DNA of 64,000 nucleotides from an uncultured Francisellaceae bacterium (GCA_905612315.1 CAJQSL010000019.1:1198-65197); one strand, 5' to 3'; shown: positions 1-12,349, counted from the first letter of the stretch. The notes: a model not told the origin generated them from the letters alone. Program-made: numbers and translations.

Positions 1-2104
1 TAAATGCATCAAGTTCATCATCAGTACCTTTTGACCTTTTTATTAGTTCTTCGCCCATTGGCAGATGCACACCTAAGTTATAGGCATAACTTTTAAACAA
101 ATTAAGATCATCGCCTGATAAAGATTTAAGGTCAGCTTTTAATAACATATCAAAAAGATTAGAATTATCACCTTTTTTATAATCAAGTAATATAGCTGAA
201 ACCAGCCTGCCTAGTAAACTTATATCAGAGCTAGGCTCCAAATTTCTCTCTAATGATGAAGAATCAATCATAGCTAATAATTTAAAGACATCTCTTACAT
301 TATACATCACTCCAAAATCAGAACTTCGTTCCATCAACTTAGTGCATCTAATAAAATCATCGAAAGTTTTATTAAGAGAAATTTCTTTTGAAAACTCCCC
401 TTGCGCGACGTGGACTGGTGTTAAATTTGCATCAACCGTTACACAGATATCTCGACCATCTTGTGTCCATGGGCCTGAGTTGTTATCTTCTATTAATAAA
501 AATTCATCACCTGTTCCATGCTCAACTTGAGGCAAAAAGTACATGTATCTATCTTTGCAAATCTCTAGAGCATTATCCCAATCACTTTTTTGTCCCTCAA
601 CACCTTCAAAAAAAGTAGCATCTAAACCGAAACTTTCAGCATTGGCTCTAAAAAACTCCTCCAATGCAATTAATAAACCATTTTGTGTATCTACGCTAGA
701 TAGCAATATTGTCTCAAGCTGCCCTAAAATGCCTAACTCTGGATCTTCAATAATTTTTCCAAAGTTTTGTTCAAACTTACTACCAATTTTATTTTTATAA
801 CAATAAAAGTTTAAATTACCGATAAAAAACTGAATAAATATTGAGTAATTTTCCCTAATCTTTGTTAAACGATCCGAAGGAGATAATGAGTCCAGGTTTA
901 AAAAGACCCCCTGAAAGAAATTACTTTCAACCTCGTTAGCTTTCTGTTGTGGCAAAAGTGCCTTAACTACTGGTATAGGCAGCAAGTACTCTTCAATAAA
1001 TTTTGCATCAAACGCATAAGCTTTTTTTATAGAACTCATTTTTTGTGGGCCATCAAGGTCATCAAGTTCACGTTCGTCATCACCAACAAAAAAAGTATGA
1101 ACCAAACCTTCCTTTATAACTTTACAAGTAAAATCCAAAAGCTTAGCTTCGTCTGAAATTTCTGCAGGGAGGTCACTTACACCTTCGCAAACTAACTCAA
1201 ACAATTCCTTTAATGTATTCTTAAGACAGTTAAAAAAATTGTCAGGATTATCTAAATCACCATCATCAATATTACCAAGAATGGAGATATCAGAAGTAGC
1301 AAAAGAAGAGCTGAAATGACTTCTAATTTTAAGCCCTGTTAACTCAGTTAATAAATCAACACCCACCATTTTTTGCAACTTGTCTTCTGGAATGCTTGAA
1401 AAAGAACTTCTTAAAGAATAACCCAAACCTGAATCACTAAATACAGGCAGCCGTATTATATTTCCGGCGCCATCAAGAATTAGCTCTTGCTGTTTTGAGC
1501 CTCTTGTTACAGAAAACAAAGCTCTTTGACCATCTTTGTTACCATTAAAGCGTAACACAGGGTCATCATCACGGGTGCTAAATAAAAACCTGAACATATT
1601 AGTATTTTTAGGATGATTATAAATTTCTGCCAACTTGCTATAATATCTGTGTTCAAAGGGTATCTTTGTAAGATTTTCTATCCCAGAAAAAAAGCTACAT
1701 AGGGCTTCATCAAAATATGGATCAGAAGACCTTTCAGCCATTGATAAAAAATCACCTAAACCATATTCGGGTTCTAATTCTTCATCAAGATCTGACTCTT
1801 CTATTTTAGATTCAGAATCAGAGCTACTACCAGCGTCTGCCTCTGCATCTGCACTTAATCCAGAATAAAGTAATTTCAACTTAGAAATAGGCAGTGTTAC
1901 AAATCTATTAAAATCTCGCCAAAATTTACTTTGTGCACGAGACCCTTGACAAGTAACATCACTAGATATCCCCACACCACCAACTACTGGCATTGAAACA
2001 ATAATCTTACCTCCAGAAATAGTAAAGCGAAATGGCAAACCAAGAGTCATAATGCCATCAGCATCAATTCTTATTGAAGGTTCACGGTCTGTTTCGTGCG
2101 GCAT
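1..2104 (-). CDS. Large orphan Ser/Asp/Glu-rich protein, 3' end runs off the window (>700 aa); effector-like
   Basis: Not in the ORF track because it has no stop in the window. ATG at 2104 with GGAG upstream; hand translation is open over 2104-721 and 60-1 (MPHETDREPSIRIDADG...SSSDSESKIEESDLDEELEP...MGEELIKRSKGTDDELDAF); 720-61 not fully checked. The + strand ORFs here are antisense shadows. Confidence 0.85.
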   Translation of the reverse strand, partial: MPHETDREPSIRIDADGIMTLGLPFRFTISGGKIIVSMPVVGGVGISSDVTCQGSRAQSKFWRDFNRFVTLPISKLKLLYSGLSADAEADAGSSSDSESKIEESDLDEELEPEYGLGDFLSMAERSSDPYFDEALCSFFSGIENLTKIPFEHRYYSKLAEIYNHPKNTNMFRFLFSTRDDDPVLRFNGNKDGQRALFSVTRGSKQQELILDGAGNIIRLPVFSDSGLGYSLRSSFSSIPEDKLQKMVGVDLLTELTGLKIRSHFSSSFATSDISILGNIDDGDLDNPDNFFNCLKNTLKELFELVCEGVSDLPAEISDEAKLLDFTCKVIKEGLVHTFFVGDDERELDDLDGPQKMSSIKKAYAFDAKFIEEYLLPIPVVKALLPQQKANEVESNFFQGVFLNLDSLSPSDRLTKIRENYSIFIQFFIGNLNFYCYKNKIGSKFEQNFGKIIEDPELGILGQLETILLSSVDTQNGLLIALEEFFRANAESFGLDATFFEGVEGQKSDWDNALEICKDRYMYFLPQVEHGTGDEFLLIEDNNSGPWTQDGRDICVTVDANLTPVHVAQGEFSKEISLNKTFDDFIRCTKLMERSSDFGVMYNVRDVFKLLAMIDSSSLERNLEPSSDISLLGRLVSAILLDYKKGDNSNLFDMLLKADLKSLSGDDLNLFKSYAYNLGVHLPMGEELIKRSKGTDDELDAF

Positions 2105-2168
2105 AAATTCTCTCCACCTATTAAGTTAATAATATATGTCATCAAGAAAACATATATTACTTGGTAAA

Positions 2169-2201
2169 ACTATATATAAATCAAATTAACTGTTAATTAA
2201 G
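2169..2201 (-). promoter_or_regulatory. PmrA-like tandem box plus -10 upstream of the orphan gene
   Basis: Minus strand reads cTTAATtaa-ca-gTTAATttg-N7-TATAGT; weaker match to cTTAATatT-N2-cTTAATatT. Confidence 0.4.
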
Positions 2202-2376
2202 AACCCTATCTTTAAAAAAATATAAGGTTAATTTTCACTTAAATATTTAAAAACACCAATATTCAAAAACACCTGAACATATTTTCAAATAAGACAACAA
2301 CTTCCACCTTCGCTTAAATTCTGCTAAAATTTGCTTAAATTATATAAACTAATATTTTAAGATATATATAAAAATC

Positions 2377-3672
2377 ATGAACAAACCATCCACTATCAAA
2401 GCCATCCGTGGCATGAACGATTTATTCCCAGAACAAACTCAATATTGGTTAAAACTAGAAACTATTTTTAAAGAGCTAATGCACCATTATGGCTATGGCC
2501 AAATCAGAACCCCACAGCTTGAATATAGCGATCTATTCAAACGCAGTATTGGCGAGGTAACCGATATAGTAGAAAAAGAGATGTACACCTTTTTGGACCG
2601 CAATGAGAAATCTCTTACTTTGCGCCCCGAAGGCACCGCATGCGCTGTTAGGGCTGGCATAGAACATGGTAAGTTTTATAATCAAACCCAAAAGTGGTGG
2701 TACTCCGGTGCAATGTTTCGCTATGAGCGCCCCCAAAAAGGTAGATATCGCCAGTTTTACCAATTTGGAGTAGAAGCTTTTGGCTTCAATGGCCCGCAAG
2801 TTGATGTTGAACAAATAGAAATGATGCAAAGGTTCTGGGAAAAACTTGGTATAAAAGATCATATAAAATTAGAAATTAACACCTTAGGTTTGCCTGAGTC
2901 TAGAGCAAAATATAAAGAAATTTTAATTAATTATTTTAAAGAACATATTGATCTTCTAGGTGAGCAAGAAAAATCTAGATTAACCAGTAACCCTCTTAGA
3001 ATTCTAGATAGCAAAAATCCAAATTTAAAAAATATTATAAATAATGCTCCTAAGTTATTAGACCATTTAGATGATAAAAGCATAGAGTTTTTCGAAGATT
3101 TTAAAGCTAATCTTGATGCGGCTAATATCAAATATCAAATAAACCCACATTTGGTTCGAGGATTAGACTATTATTGTCACGCAGTTTATGAATGGACAAC
3201 TGACTCTCTTGGAGCGCAAGGTACTATTTGTGCAGGCGGAAGGTATGATGCCTTAGTATCACAATTAGGTGGGCAACCTACTCCTGCAGTAGGTTTTGCG
3301 CTAGGGCTTGAGCGCTTATTATTACTTACTGAAGCACTAGATACCCAAAAAAACTGGGGTAAAGATAAAACATCTAAATTTTATGTTATTTACGAGCAAG
3401 ATCTAAAAAATTCCAACTTAAAACAAGTACAACAAACCATATTAAATTTAAGAGAAAATTTACCTGAGCACATAATTATTTGTGATCACAACAGCGGCAA
3501 CTTAAACAAACAATTTAAACGCGCAGAAAAAGCTGGAGCCGATTTTATTATAACAATAGATAAGGATAACTTAATTGATAATATATTAATAAAGCCGCTT
3601 CACATAAAAAAACCACAAGATAATATTCAAATTTCTGATATCAAACACTGGCTAAAAAAACTGGCTAATTGA
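2377..3672 (+). CDS. hisS: Histidine--tRNA ligase
   Basis: Motifs RGMND, LRPEGTA, FRYERPQKGRYRQF, LVRGLDYY, AGGRYD, GFALGLER. Confidence 0.99.
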   Translation: MNKPSTIKAIRGMNDLFPEQTQYWLKLETIFKELMHHYGYGQIRTPQLEYSDLFKRSIGEVTDIVEKEMYTFLDRNEKSLTLRPEGTACAVRAGIEHGKFYNQTQKWWYSGAMFRYERPQKGRYRQFYQFGVEAFGFNGPQVDVEQIEMMQRFWEKLGIKDHIKLEINTLGLPESRAKYKEILINYFKEHIDLLGEQEKSRLTSNPLRILDSKNPNLKNIINNAPKLLDHLDDKSIEFFEDFKANLDAANIKYQINPHLVRGLDYYCHAVYEWTTDSLGAQGTICAGGRYDALVSQLGGQPTPAVGFALGLERLLLLTEALDTQKNWGKDKTSKFYVIYEQDLKNSNLKQVQQTILNLRENLPEHIIICDHNSGNLNKQFKRAEKAGADFIITIDKDNLIDNILIKPLHIKKPQDNIQISDIKHWLKKLAN

Positions 3673-3748
3673 AAGTAATTTAGTTAATCTGGTAAGCTAG
3701 TAAAATTAGATAATAATTTAATTTAAAATTTATAAATAGGTTTATTTC

Positions 3749-4396
3749 ATGCAAGATGATATTGAACAGGCCCAGCAAATAAAACAACTATGGAATAATC
3801 ATGGCAGCACTTTTTTAACGGTAATTCTTCTGATAATTTGCGCCATACTTTCTTGGCAATGGTGGGATAGCCACAAAAAGAACATGAGCATAAAGTCCCA
3901 AAGCAGTTTTTTAGAGCTTATGGAGGCGGCGAATACAAAAGATAATAAAAAAATAGACTTCTATGCCAACAAGATTGCAACCGACAATCCTAACTCAATA
4001 TACGCCGGCATCAGCAATCTATTTCTAGCTAAATTAGAGTTACAAAAACATAATCTTGATAAAGCTGCTGCATTTCTAAAAACAATATCTGATCAAAAAT
4101 TAGGTGTTATCTCACAAACTGCAACTTTACGGCTTGCAAGAATTTATCTTGCGCAAAATGAGCCTACCAAAGCCAGAATGTTACTCATAAAATCTAATCT
4201 TTTTACCAAAGATCAAAATAACCCAGTTTATCAGATGTTACTGGCTAATAGCGACTTACAACTTAAAAATGACTTGGCTGCTAGAGCCCATTTAGAAAAA
4301 GCATTAAAAGCCCTTGATAAAGACCCTATCTCCAAAGCATGGGTTAAAATGCAACTTAGTAATGTTCCTATTAATAAAAAATTAATAACAAATTAA
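3749..4396 (+). CDS. yfgM: YfgM, TPR-like ancillary SecYEG subunit
   Basis: Single N-terminal TM helix, LRLARI motif, position between hisS and bamB. Confidence 0.9.
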   Translation: MQDDIEQAQQIKQLWNNHGSTFLTVILLIICAILSWQWWDSHKKNMSIKSQSSFLELMEAANTKDNKKIDFYANKIATDNPNSIYAGISNLFLAKLELQKHNLDKAAAFLKTISDQKLGVISQTATLRLARIYLAQNEPTKARMLLIKSNLFTKDQNNPVYQMLLANSDLQLKNDLAARAHLEKALKALDKDPISKAWVKMQLSNVPINKKLITN

Positions 4397-4428
4397 ATTT
4401 ATTTAAAAAATAAAAGGCTTTATTAAAT

Positions 4429-5625
4429 ATGAAATTAAATTTCAAATTAAAAATCAAAACTATAACAAAAACCGTATCAATCTGTCTATTAGTTGGATTT
4501 ACAAGCTTTTTGACTGGCTGTGGTAGCAAAGATAACTCCCTCCCGCCAACGCCTTTAACAAAATACACGCCTAAAATAAATATTCAAAAAAAATGGACTA
4601 ATTCAGTTGGTTCAGGCTCAAAAAGCAATGCTTATGTGATTGGCACAGCGCATACTACCAATAGACTCATAGCAGCTAGCAGGAATGGCAAGCTTAAAGC
4701 TATTAACCCTATTAGTGGAGATACTCTATGGTCTAAATCTACAAAATTTAGCTTTAGTGCAACACCTTTGATAGAATCTAAAGTGGTTTATATTGGCACA
4801 TATGATGGTTATTTGACCGCATTTGATGCCGTCAATGGAACCTTAAAGTGGAAAGCATATATCGGAAGCACTGTGCTAGCCCAGGCAGAATATAATAATA
4901 ATACAGTATTTGTACATTCGAACAATGATACTCTAACAGCAATTGATGCTGCAAATGGTAAAATATTATGGAGTTACCAAGACAAGATTCCTACTATTAT
5001 TCTTCAAGCAGACTCAAAACCAGTTATTTCTGAAGATGGAAATGTCATATTTGGTAATGACAATGGCGTTATAAGTGTTATCTCCACAGCTAAAGGTGAA
5101 AAGTTATGGTCTTATCCTGTTGCGGTACCAACTGGAGCAAACGCTGTAAGCCGAATGGTTGATATAACATCCACGCCATTGCTTGATGGGGATACTATCT
5201 ATGTAATGCCATATTCCGGCAAGACGAAAGCTCTTGACATTAGCTCCAACCAACAGCTTTGGCAAAGAGATTACCAAGGTTATAGAGATATGGCTCAAGA
5301 TGATTTACATATCTATTTAGTAACTAACGAAAGTAAAGTTGTATCTTTAAATAAAATGACCGGCCGAACCTATTGGGTACAAAAAAAATTAATGGGCCGT
5401 ACGGTTTCAGCTCCAGCAGTTTTAAATGGTAAATATTTAGTAGTCGGTGATTTCGCAGGTTTCGTTCATTTTATGGATACGGAAACTGGTGAATTATTAG
5501 GCAGAATTAAAATCACTGGATCAGCTATTAATGCAGCACCTGCTATTTATAATAATTCAGCTATTGTAAATACAGTTAATGGCAAAATTGCTGCTCTAAG
5601 TGCGAGCAAAGCTAGCCTTAAATAA
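4429..5625 (+). CDS. bamB: Outer membrane protein assembly factor BamB
   Basis: Lipobox FLTGC, PQQ-type beta-propeller repeats, RMVDITSTP, synteny. Confidence 0.95.
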   Translation: MKLNFKLKIKTITKTVSICLLVGFTSFLTGCGSKDNSLPPTPLTKYTPKINIQKKWTNSVGSGSKSNAYVIGTAHTTNRLIAASRNGKLKAINPISGDTLWSKSTKFSFSATPLIESKVVYIGTYDGYLTAFDAVNGTLKWKAYIGSTVLAQAEYNNNTVFVHSNNDTLTAIDAANGKILWSYQDKIPTIILQADSKPVISEDGNVIFGNDNGVISVISTAKGEKLWSYPVAVPTGANAVSRMVDITSTPLLDGDTIYVMPYSGKTKALDISSNQQLWQRDYQGYRDMAQDDLHIYLVTNESKVVSLNKMTGRTYWVQKKLMGRTVSAPAVLNGKYLVVGDFAGFVHFMDTETGELLGRIKITGSAINAAPAIYNNSAIVNTVNGKIAALSASKASLK

Positions 5626-5701
5626 AATGTAAAGATAGCATTCAAGCGGCAAAAACATTAGAATACGCCTGTAAAATAATTAAAAATGCAGGCTAAAACT
5701 C

Positions 5702-7417
<1,716 letters not shown>

Positions 7418-7480
7418 TTTGGTTCGCCCAGTAAAAAAATTATGGAAAATTACAAATATATGGCTGGTTAGAATCAGCGC

Positions 7481-8140
7481 TTAAACAAATAAAAACCCCA
7501 CCCCTAAAAGCACCAAAAAACCACTCAAAATTTTAACGATAACTCCCTGTGCTCTCTCTAATACTTTTTTCACGCGTTTGTGAGATAAAATAATAGCCAA
7601 AATCACAAACCAAGCAAAAGTAATCAAAGATATATCAAACGGTAGTATGATCTTTCCCAATAAACTTAAGTGATGACTTGACTTGATTATAATCGCGAAT
7701 AAAGATAAGAAAAATAATGTGGCCTTTGGATTAAACATGCAGGTTAAAAATCCTTGTCTAAGAGCTTGAAATCTGGTCAAACTATAAGCTAGTGTTGCTG
7801 CCTTATAATCAGATTTATCACTAGAATCATTCCCAATTAAATTCTTTTTCTTATCTTGTTTATCCAATAATCCCTTAATACCAATATAAATTAAGTAGGC
7901 TGATCCCATATATTTTATAGTATTAAATATTACAACAGATTTTGAAATTATAACGGCTATACCCAAAACACAATAAGACACATGAATAAAAATTGCTAAA
8001 CCTATACCCATAGCAGTTAAAAAGCCAGATCTTCTAGAACATGATATAGTATTTTTAGAAACTACTGCAAAATCAGGTCCAGGGCTTATAGCAGCTAATA
8101 GCGCTAATAAATTAATCAAAAGCCACATCCAGGCAGTCAT
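7481..8140 (-). CDS. LysE/RhtB family translocator
   Basis: SPGPDF and NPKA motifs, hydrophobic; start moved to ATG 8140 because GGAG lies 6 nt upstream. Confidence 0.92.
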   Translation of the reverse strand: MTAWMWLLINLLALLAAISPGPDFAVVSKNTISCSRRSGFLTAMGIGLAIFIHVSYCVLGIAVIISKSVVIFNTIKYMGSAYLIYIGIKGLLDKQDKKKNLIGNDSSDKSDYKAATLAYSLTRFQALRQGFLTCMFNPKATLFFLSLFAIIIKSSHHLSLLGKIILPFDISLITFAWFVILAIILSHKRVKKVLERAQGVIVKILSGFLVLLGVGFLFV

Positions 8141-8269
8141 TGAACTCTCCATGTCAAAAACATCATAAATATGGGATATTATACCATAATTTATATATAT
8201 TATCAATGTGTGGAGCTTTGATTAGTTATCCAACCTTGTGATCTTTTATAGGATAATTGCCACCTGGTT

Positions 8270-8515
8270 GCCCCCATCCTAACCTTCCCCCACGGGGGGA
8301 AGGAACTCTACCGTCGTTGCGAGCGAGCCGTAAGGCGAGTGCGGCAATCTCCTACATAACTGCTGTTGACTTTATTTAACTATAAGCTGTAGCAACTGGA
8401 AGGAGATTGCCGCGTCGGCTTACAGCCTCCTCGCAAAGACTACATGTGGGTTTTCTCTTCTTAATTACTTCCTTAAGTTGACGGCTATACCCCGTGGGGG
8501 GAATCCTAGGGTGGG
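8270..8515. repeat. Composite palindromic repeat: outer CCCCCATCCTAACCTTCCCCCACGGGGGGAAGG-type arms around an RPE/REP-like doublet (8313-8440)
   Basis: GTCGTTGCGAG...GCAATCTCC...GGAGATTGC...CTCGCAAAGAC inverted arms; CCCCCACGGGG mirrored by CCCCGTGGGGG near 8490. Confidence 0.85.
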
Positions 8516-8583
8516 ACTAGCAACAACTAACACCTAAATAAGAACATAACTAAAGCGCGCTAAGAACTATAACCCAAAAACTA

Positions 8584-8925
8584 CTAACTAATAACACACC
8601 CATCATCCTCGGGATCACGACCCTTCTCACCCCATGCACCGCGAGATTTTTTGCTAGTTTGCTTCTCAGTATTCTTTAAAGTCGACTCAGTCTCATCCGG
8701 ATTACTTCTTCTAAATACAGTCGCCATATCTCCAACATCAATACTAAAATCAGCATACACATTCGCTCTTGCTGTACGTTCGTGCTCTGAGCCTTCAGTC
8801 ACCTGATTACAATCTCTACGTTGTAATTTAACAACCTTTTCATTACCCTCCTGAGTCTTAGATCCTGCTAAAGTATCAACCTCTGTGTTACCAAACAAAC
8901 CAAACCAACTACCTAAACCTAACAT
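8584..8925 (-). CDS. Small orphan protein ending in a CaaX motif (CVIS); candidate prenylated effector
   Basis: AGGAG SD before ATG; hydrophilic body; ends EDDGCVIS-stop. Confidence 0.75.
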   Translation of the reverse strand: MLGLGSWFGLFGNTEVDTLAGSKTQEGNEKVVKLQRRDCNQVTEGSEHERTARANVYADFSIDVGDMATVFRRSNPDETESTLKNTEKQTSKKSRGAWGEKGRDPEDDGCVIS

Positions 8926-9150
8926 AACACACTCCTAACTTAACTTTTTGATTTTTATTTATATTTATATTTATATTTATATTTATTTGGAAATTAAATT
9001 GAGCTTAGCTTAGCTGATAAATCAAGCTTACAACCACTATAAATTACCCAAGATGTTTTTAATTTTAATTTTTTATGACAATATAGATATATATTTTCAC
9101 TTAATCAATATAACAAACTATAAATTAAAAGTCACGAAAACAATAATACT

Positions 9151-9267
9151 GTCGTTGCGAGGAGGCGAAGCCTCCGTGGCAATCTCCTTACTGAAACTGA
9201 TATTATTACCCTAACTGCAGTTAGGTAGGAGATTGCCGCACTCGCCTGACAGCTCGCTCGCAACGAC
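9151..9267. repeat. RPE/REP-like palindromic doublet, inverted relative to the 8313-8440 copy
   Basis: GTCGTTGCGAGGAGGCGAAGCCTCCGTGGCAATCTCC...GGAGATTGCCGCACTCGCCTGACAGCTCGCTCGCAACGAC. Confidence 0.85.
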
Positions 9268-9455
9268 GGCGTTGTGGATTAAGTTCCTTAAAAACACGAA
9301 AGACACCATTAACCAAGCTCAACTTAAATTACCATATTTGAGTCCTTGCTCGAAATTGCATAAATGTAGTTTTGCAACTTTAATATTGTGGGTGTTTTTG
9401 ATTTAAAATGTCCAAACACTCCAACAACTAAAATAAACTTATATCAATTTATTTT

Positions 9456-10376
9456 CTATTTCAAAAGACGCCCGACACTCACCCTAGGATTCCCTCCTAG
9501 ATCTAAAAAAGTCTCAATAGAGTCCTTAGTAAATCCATTATCCTCTAAAATTCCTCGAACATCTTTAGCTTGTTGATATCCATGCTCTAAGAAAATCCAT
9601 CCTCCTGATTTCAAATAATTTTTAGCACCAGATATAATATCCTTTAGGCAAGCCAAACCATTATCTTCACAAAATAAAGCAACTTTCGGCTCAAACTTTT
9701 TGACACTCTCACACACCGCCTTATCAGCAAAATCTATATAAGGCGGGTTTGAGCAAATAATATCAAACTTATTTTCAAAGCCTTGATTTAATAACGCTTC
9801 ATACCAACTTCCTTGCAAAAAGGATATGTTATTAATTTTATTATTAACTGAGTTCATCCTGGCAACCTCAATTGCATCGATGCTTGCATCAGTTGCTACA
9901 ACTTTTGCACCCCCGAACTCTTTAGCTAAAGCCAATGCTATGGCGCCAGATCCTGTGCCTAAATCTAAAATGTTAAGTACTTTATCTTCTTTTGAGTTAT
10001 TTTTAAATTTATCTAAAAAATTATCTAAAACCTTTTCTATAATTAACTCTGTCTCGTTTCTTGGTACTAAAACAGATTTATTGATATATAAAGTTAAATC
10101 CCAAAAGCCACAAGATTCTAATAAATAAGCTAAAGGCATCCCATCTGACCTAACTTTTATCCAAGATTCAAATTGAGAGAATTCTAAATCAGTTAAGATT
10201 CTGTCATCATGCGCATAAGTGTAGCTTATATCTTTACCCAAGATATGGCTTAAGATAACTCTAGTTTCATAATGCGCATCAAAACCTACAGAGTTTTCAG
10301 ATAATTTAGAATCCAGATATTTACTCGCAGCTATTATTACTTCGGAAATTTTATTATTGTTATTATCTAAGATCAT
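9456..10376 (-). CDS. prmC: Release factor glutamine methyltransferase PrmC (HemK)
   Basis: LDLGTGSGAIA, SNPPY, VLVPRNETE; downstream of prfA. Confidence 0.97.
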   Translation of the reverse strand: MILDNNNNKISEVIIAASKYLDSKLSENSVGFDAHYETRVILSHILGKDISYTYAHDDRILTDLEFSQFESWIKVRSDGMPLAYLLESCGFWDLTLYINKSVLVPRNETELIIEKVLDNFLDKFKNNSKEDKVLNILDLGTGSGAIALALAKEFGGAKVVATDASIDAIEVARMNSVNNKINNISFLQGSWYEALLNQGFENKFDIICSNPPYIDFADKAVCESVKKFEPKVALFCEDNGLACLKDIISGAKNYLKSGGWIFLEHGYQQAKDVRGILEDNGFTKDSIETFLDLGGNPRVSVGRLLK

Positions 10377-10397
10377 AAAAATCTCTTAATTAGTTTC

Positions 10398-11486
10398 TTA
10401 ATTACTTTCTTGTAAACTTGCTAATTTATCAGCGTGATCCGCCTGTAATAATGGCTCTATTACTTGAGCTAAAGAACCATTTATAATTTCATCTAATTTA
10501 TATAAAGTGAGATTAATTCTATGATCAGTCACTCTATTTTGGGAATAATTATAAGTTCTAATACGCTCTGACCTATCACCTGAGCCAACCAGGTTTTTTC
10601 TGGTTGCAGCCTCTTGCGCTTGTTGCGCTTGTAATTGCTGATCATATAGTCTTGCTTTTAATACGCTAATTGCTCGAGCTTTATTTTTGTGCTGTGATCT
10701 TTCATCCTGACACTCTACAACTAAACCAGATGGCATATGCGTGATCCTAATTGCCGAGTCAGTTTTATTTACGTGCTGACCTCCTGCTCCTGATGCCCGA
10801 AAAGTATCTATTCGACATTCTGATAAATCTATATCAATTTCTTCTATGTCATCGGCTTCTGGCATAACAGCAACTGTACAAGCTGAAGTATGCACTCTAC
10901 CTTGAGACTCAGTAACCGGAACCCGCTGCACTCTATGCGCTCCTGATTCAAACTTTAAAGTCCCATAAATACTCCCACCGGATAATCTAGCAACTATTTC
11001 CTTATAACCACCTTGCTCAGCTTCATTTGCATTTAAAACTTCTAATCTCCAGTTTTTATCTTCTGCAAACCTTGAATACATTCTAAATAAATCACCCGCA
11101 AAAATAGCCGCCTCATCACCACCGGTACCTGCTCTAACTTCCAAAATAATATTAGCCGCATCATTTTTATCTTTAGGGATTAAGGCTACTTCTAAATCTT
11201 TATTTAATTGCTCTAAATCTTTTTGAGTTATATCTAGCTCTTCTTGAGCTAACTCACGCATTTCAGGGTCACTATCTTTAATTAACTCTTGGGAATCTAA
11301 AATAGACTGATCAGACTCTTTAACTTTGGTGTAAATCTGTACAACTTCTTCGATCTGGGAATATTCTTGAGATAATGCTCTAAATTTCTTTTGATCATTT
11401 ATAATTTCTTTAGCGCTTAGTAAATGCGCAATTTCATCATAACGATCGATTAAAGATTCTAGTTTTAATTTGAGTTTCTCATTCAT
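10398..11486 (-). CDS. prfA: Peptide chain release factor 1
   Basis: GGQ motif, PVT anticodon-mimic loop, GGDEAAIF; start taken at ATG 11486 (MNEKLK). Confidence 0.98.
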   Translation of the reverse strand: MNEKLKLKLESLIDRYDEIAHLLSAKEIINDQKKFRALSQEYSQIEEVVQIYTKVKESDQSILDSQELIKDSDPEMRELAQEELDITQKDLEQLNKDLEVALIPKDKNDAANIILEVRAGTGGDEAAIFAGDLFRMYSRFAEDKNWRLEVLNANEAEQGGYKEIVARLSGGSIYGTLKFESGAHRVQRVPVTESQGRVHTSACTVAVMPEADDIEEIDIDLSECRIDTFRASGAGGQHVNKTDSAIRITHMPSGLVVECQDERSQHKNKARAISVLKARLYDQQLQAQQAQEAATRKNLVGSGDRSERIRTYNYSQNRVTDHRINLTLYKLDEIINGSLAQVIEPLLQADHADKLASLQESN

Positions 11487-11671
11487 AATATATTCAATGT
11501 TTTTCCATAATAATAATTGCAACAAGCATAGCAAATATTAGCTAAATGCTCAATTTAGATCTTCAGAAGATCTAAAAACACCAGTAAAATTAAATCCTTA
11601 AAAATTTTAAAATATACCAAATTTTTGCTAAAACTACTATTATAATGCAATAACTAAAAATAAGAAAAAAA

Positions 11672-12349
11672 ATGCCTAAATCTAAAATAGCAATAATTAA
11701 TCGAGAAATAAGAGAGTTATCAAGTTGTAGCTCCGAGCTATCTCGACCTAGCCTATGGCTAAATGAGCCTGCACCAAATTTAAATTCTTGTCTAGAACAA
11801 TTACCAGCCTTAATTAAAAAACTTAGGCAGATTATCAATAATACAGTGCAAGAATACGAAGACCAAAAAACCGCATTTCTTTCATGCTTATTAGTAAAAC
11901 ATCAAAGCTCATCCGCAATTGCACAAAAATTAAATAATGACAACTTAAAAGGAGTTATCTTATCCTATTTTTGGATAGATTTTAGAACCTGCCATATACT
12001 TCTTAAAAATATATATACATTAAGATCGTGCGCAGATAACTTAAAAGAGCACTTAAGCTTCAAAAGATTAAACAATAACAACCCTGGCACAATAAAATTA
12101 AATAACAATATAGCTCAGTTACATAGGCTACTTGTGCAAATATACCCATCTCCCTATGCTATTAATAATAGAGGACATAGAAATATTTTGCGAATAAAAA
12201 GGCTTCTACCCCAAAGTTCTGCAGCTACTACTTTTAAACAATCGGATAAAGATGAAGGCAATAAAGCAAAAAAAGCAAAAACCCAGCAAGTTGTGCAGTC
12301 TGGCTCCCCTCATCCTAACGCAGCTCAGCCTCACTTTGATCCCTCATAG
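11672..12349 (+). CDS. Orphan helical protein (225 aa) with basic low-complexity tail
   Basis: Long ORF in an otherwise empty interval; overlaps the convergent kinase-like gene by 35 nt; no family recognised. Confidence 0.65.
   Translation: MPKSKIAIINREIRELSSCSSELSRPSLWLNEPAPNLNSCLEQLPALIKKLRQIINNTVQEYEDQKTAFLSCLLVKHQSSSAIAQKLNNDNLKGVILSYFWIDFRTCHILLKNIYTLRSCADNLKEHLSFKRLNNNNPGTIKLNNNIAQLHRLLVQIYPSPYAINNRGHRNILRIKRLLPQSSAATTFKQSDKDEGNKAKKAKTQQVVQSGSPHPNAAQPHFDPS

Noticed and set aside
342-1156. Short + strand ORFs
   Set aside because: Antisense shadows of the long minus-strand ORF 1-2104.
11590-11610. PmrA-like box upstream of the 225-aa orphan
   Set aside because: TTAA units are spaced 8 and 9 nt, not 11; likely AT-rich noise.
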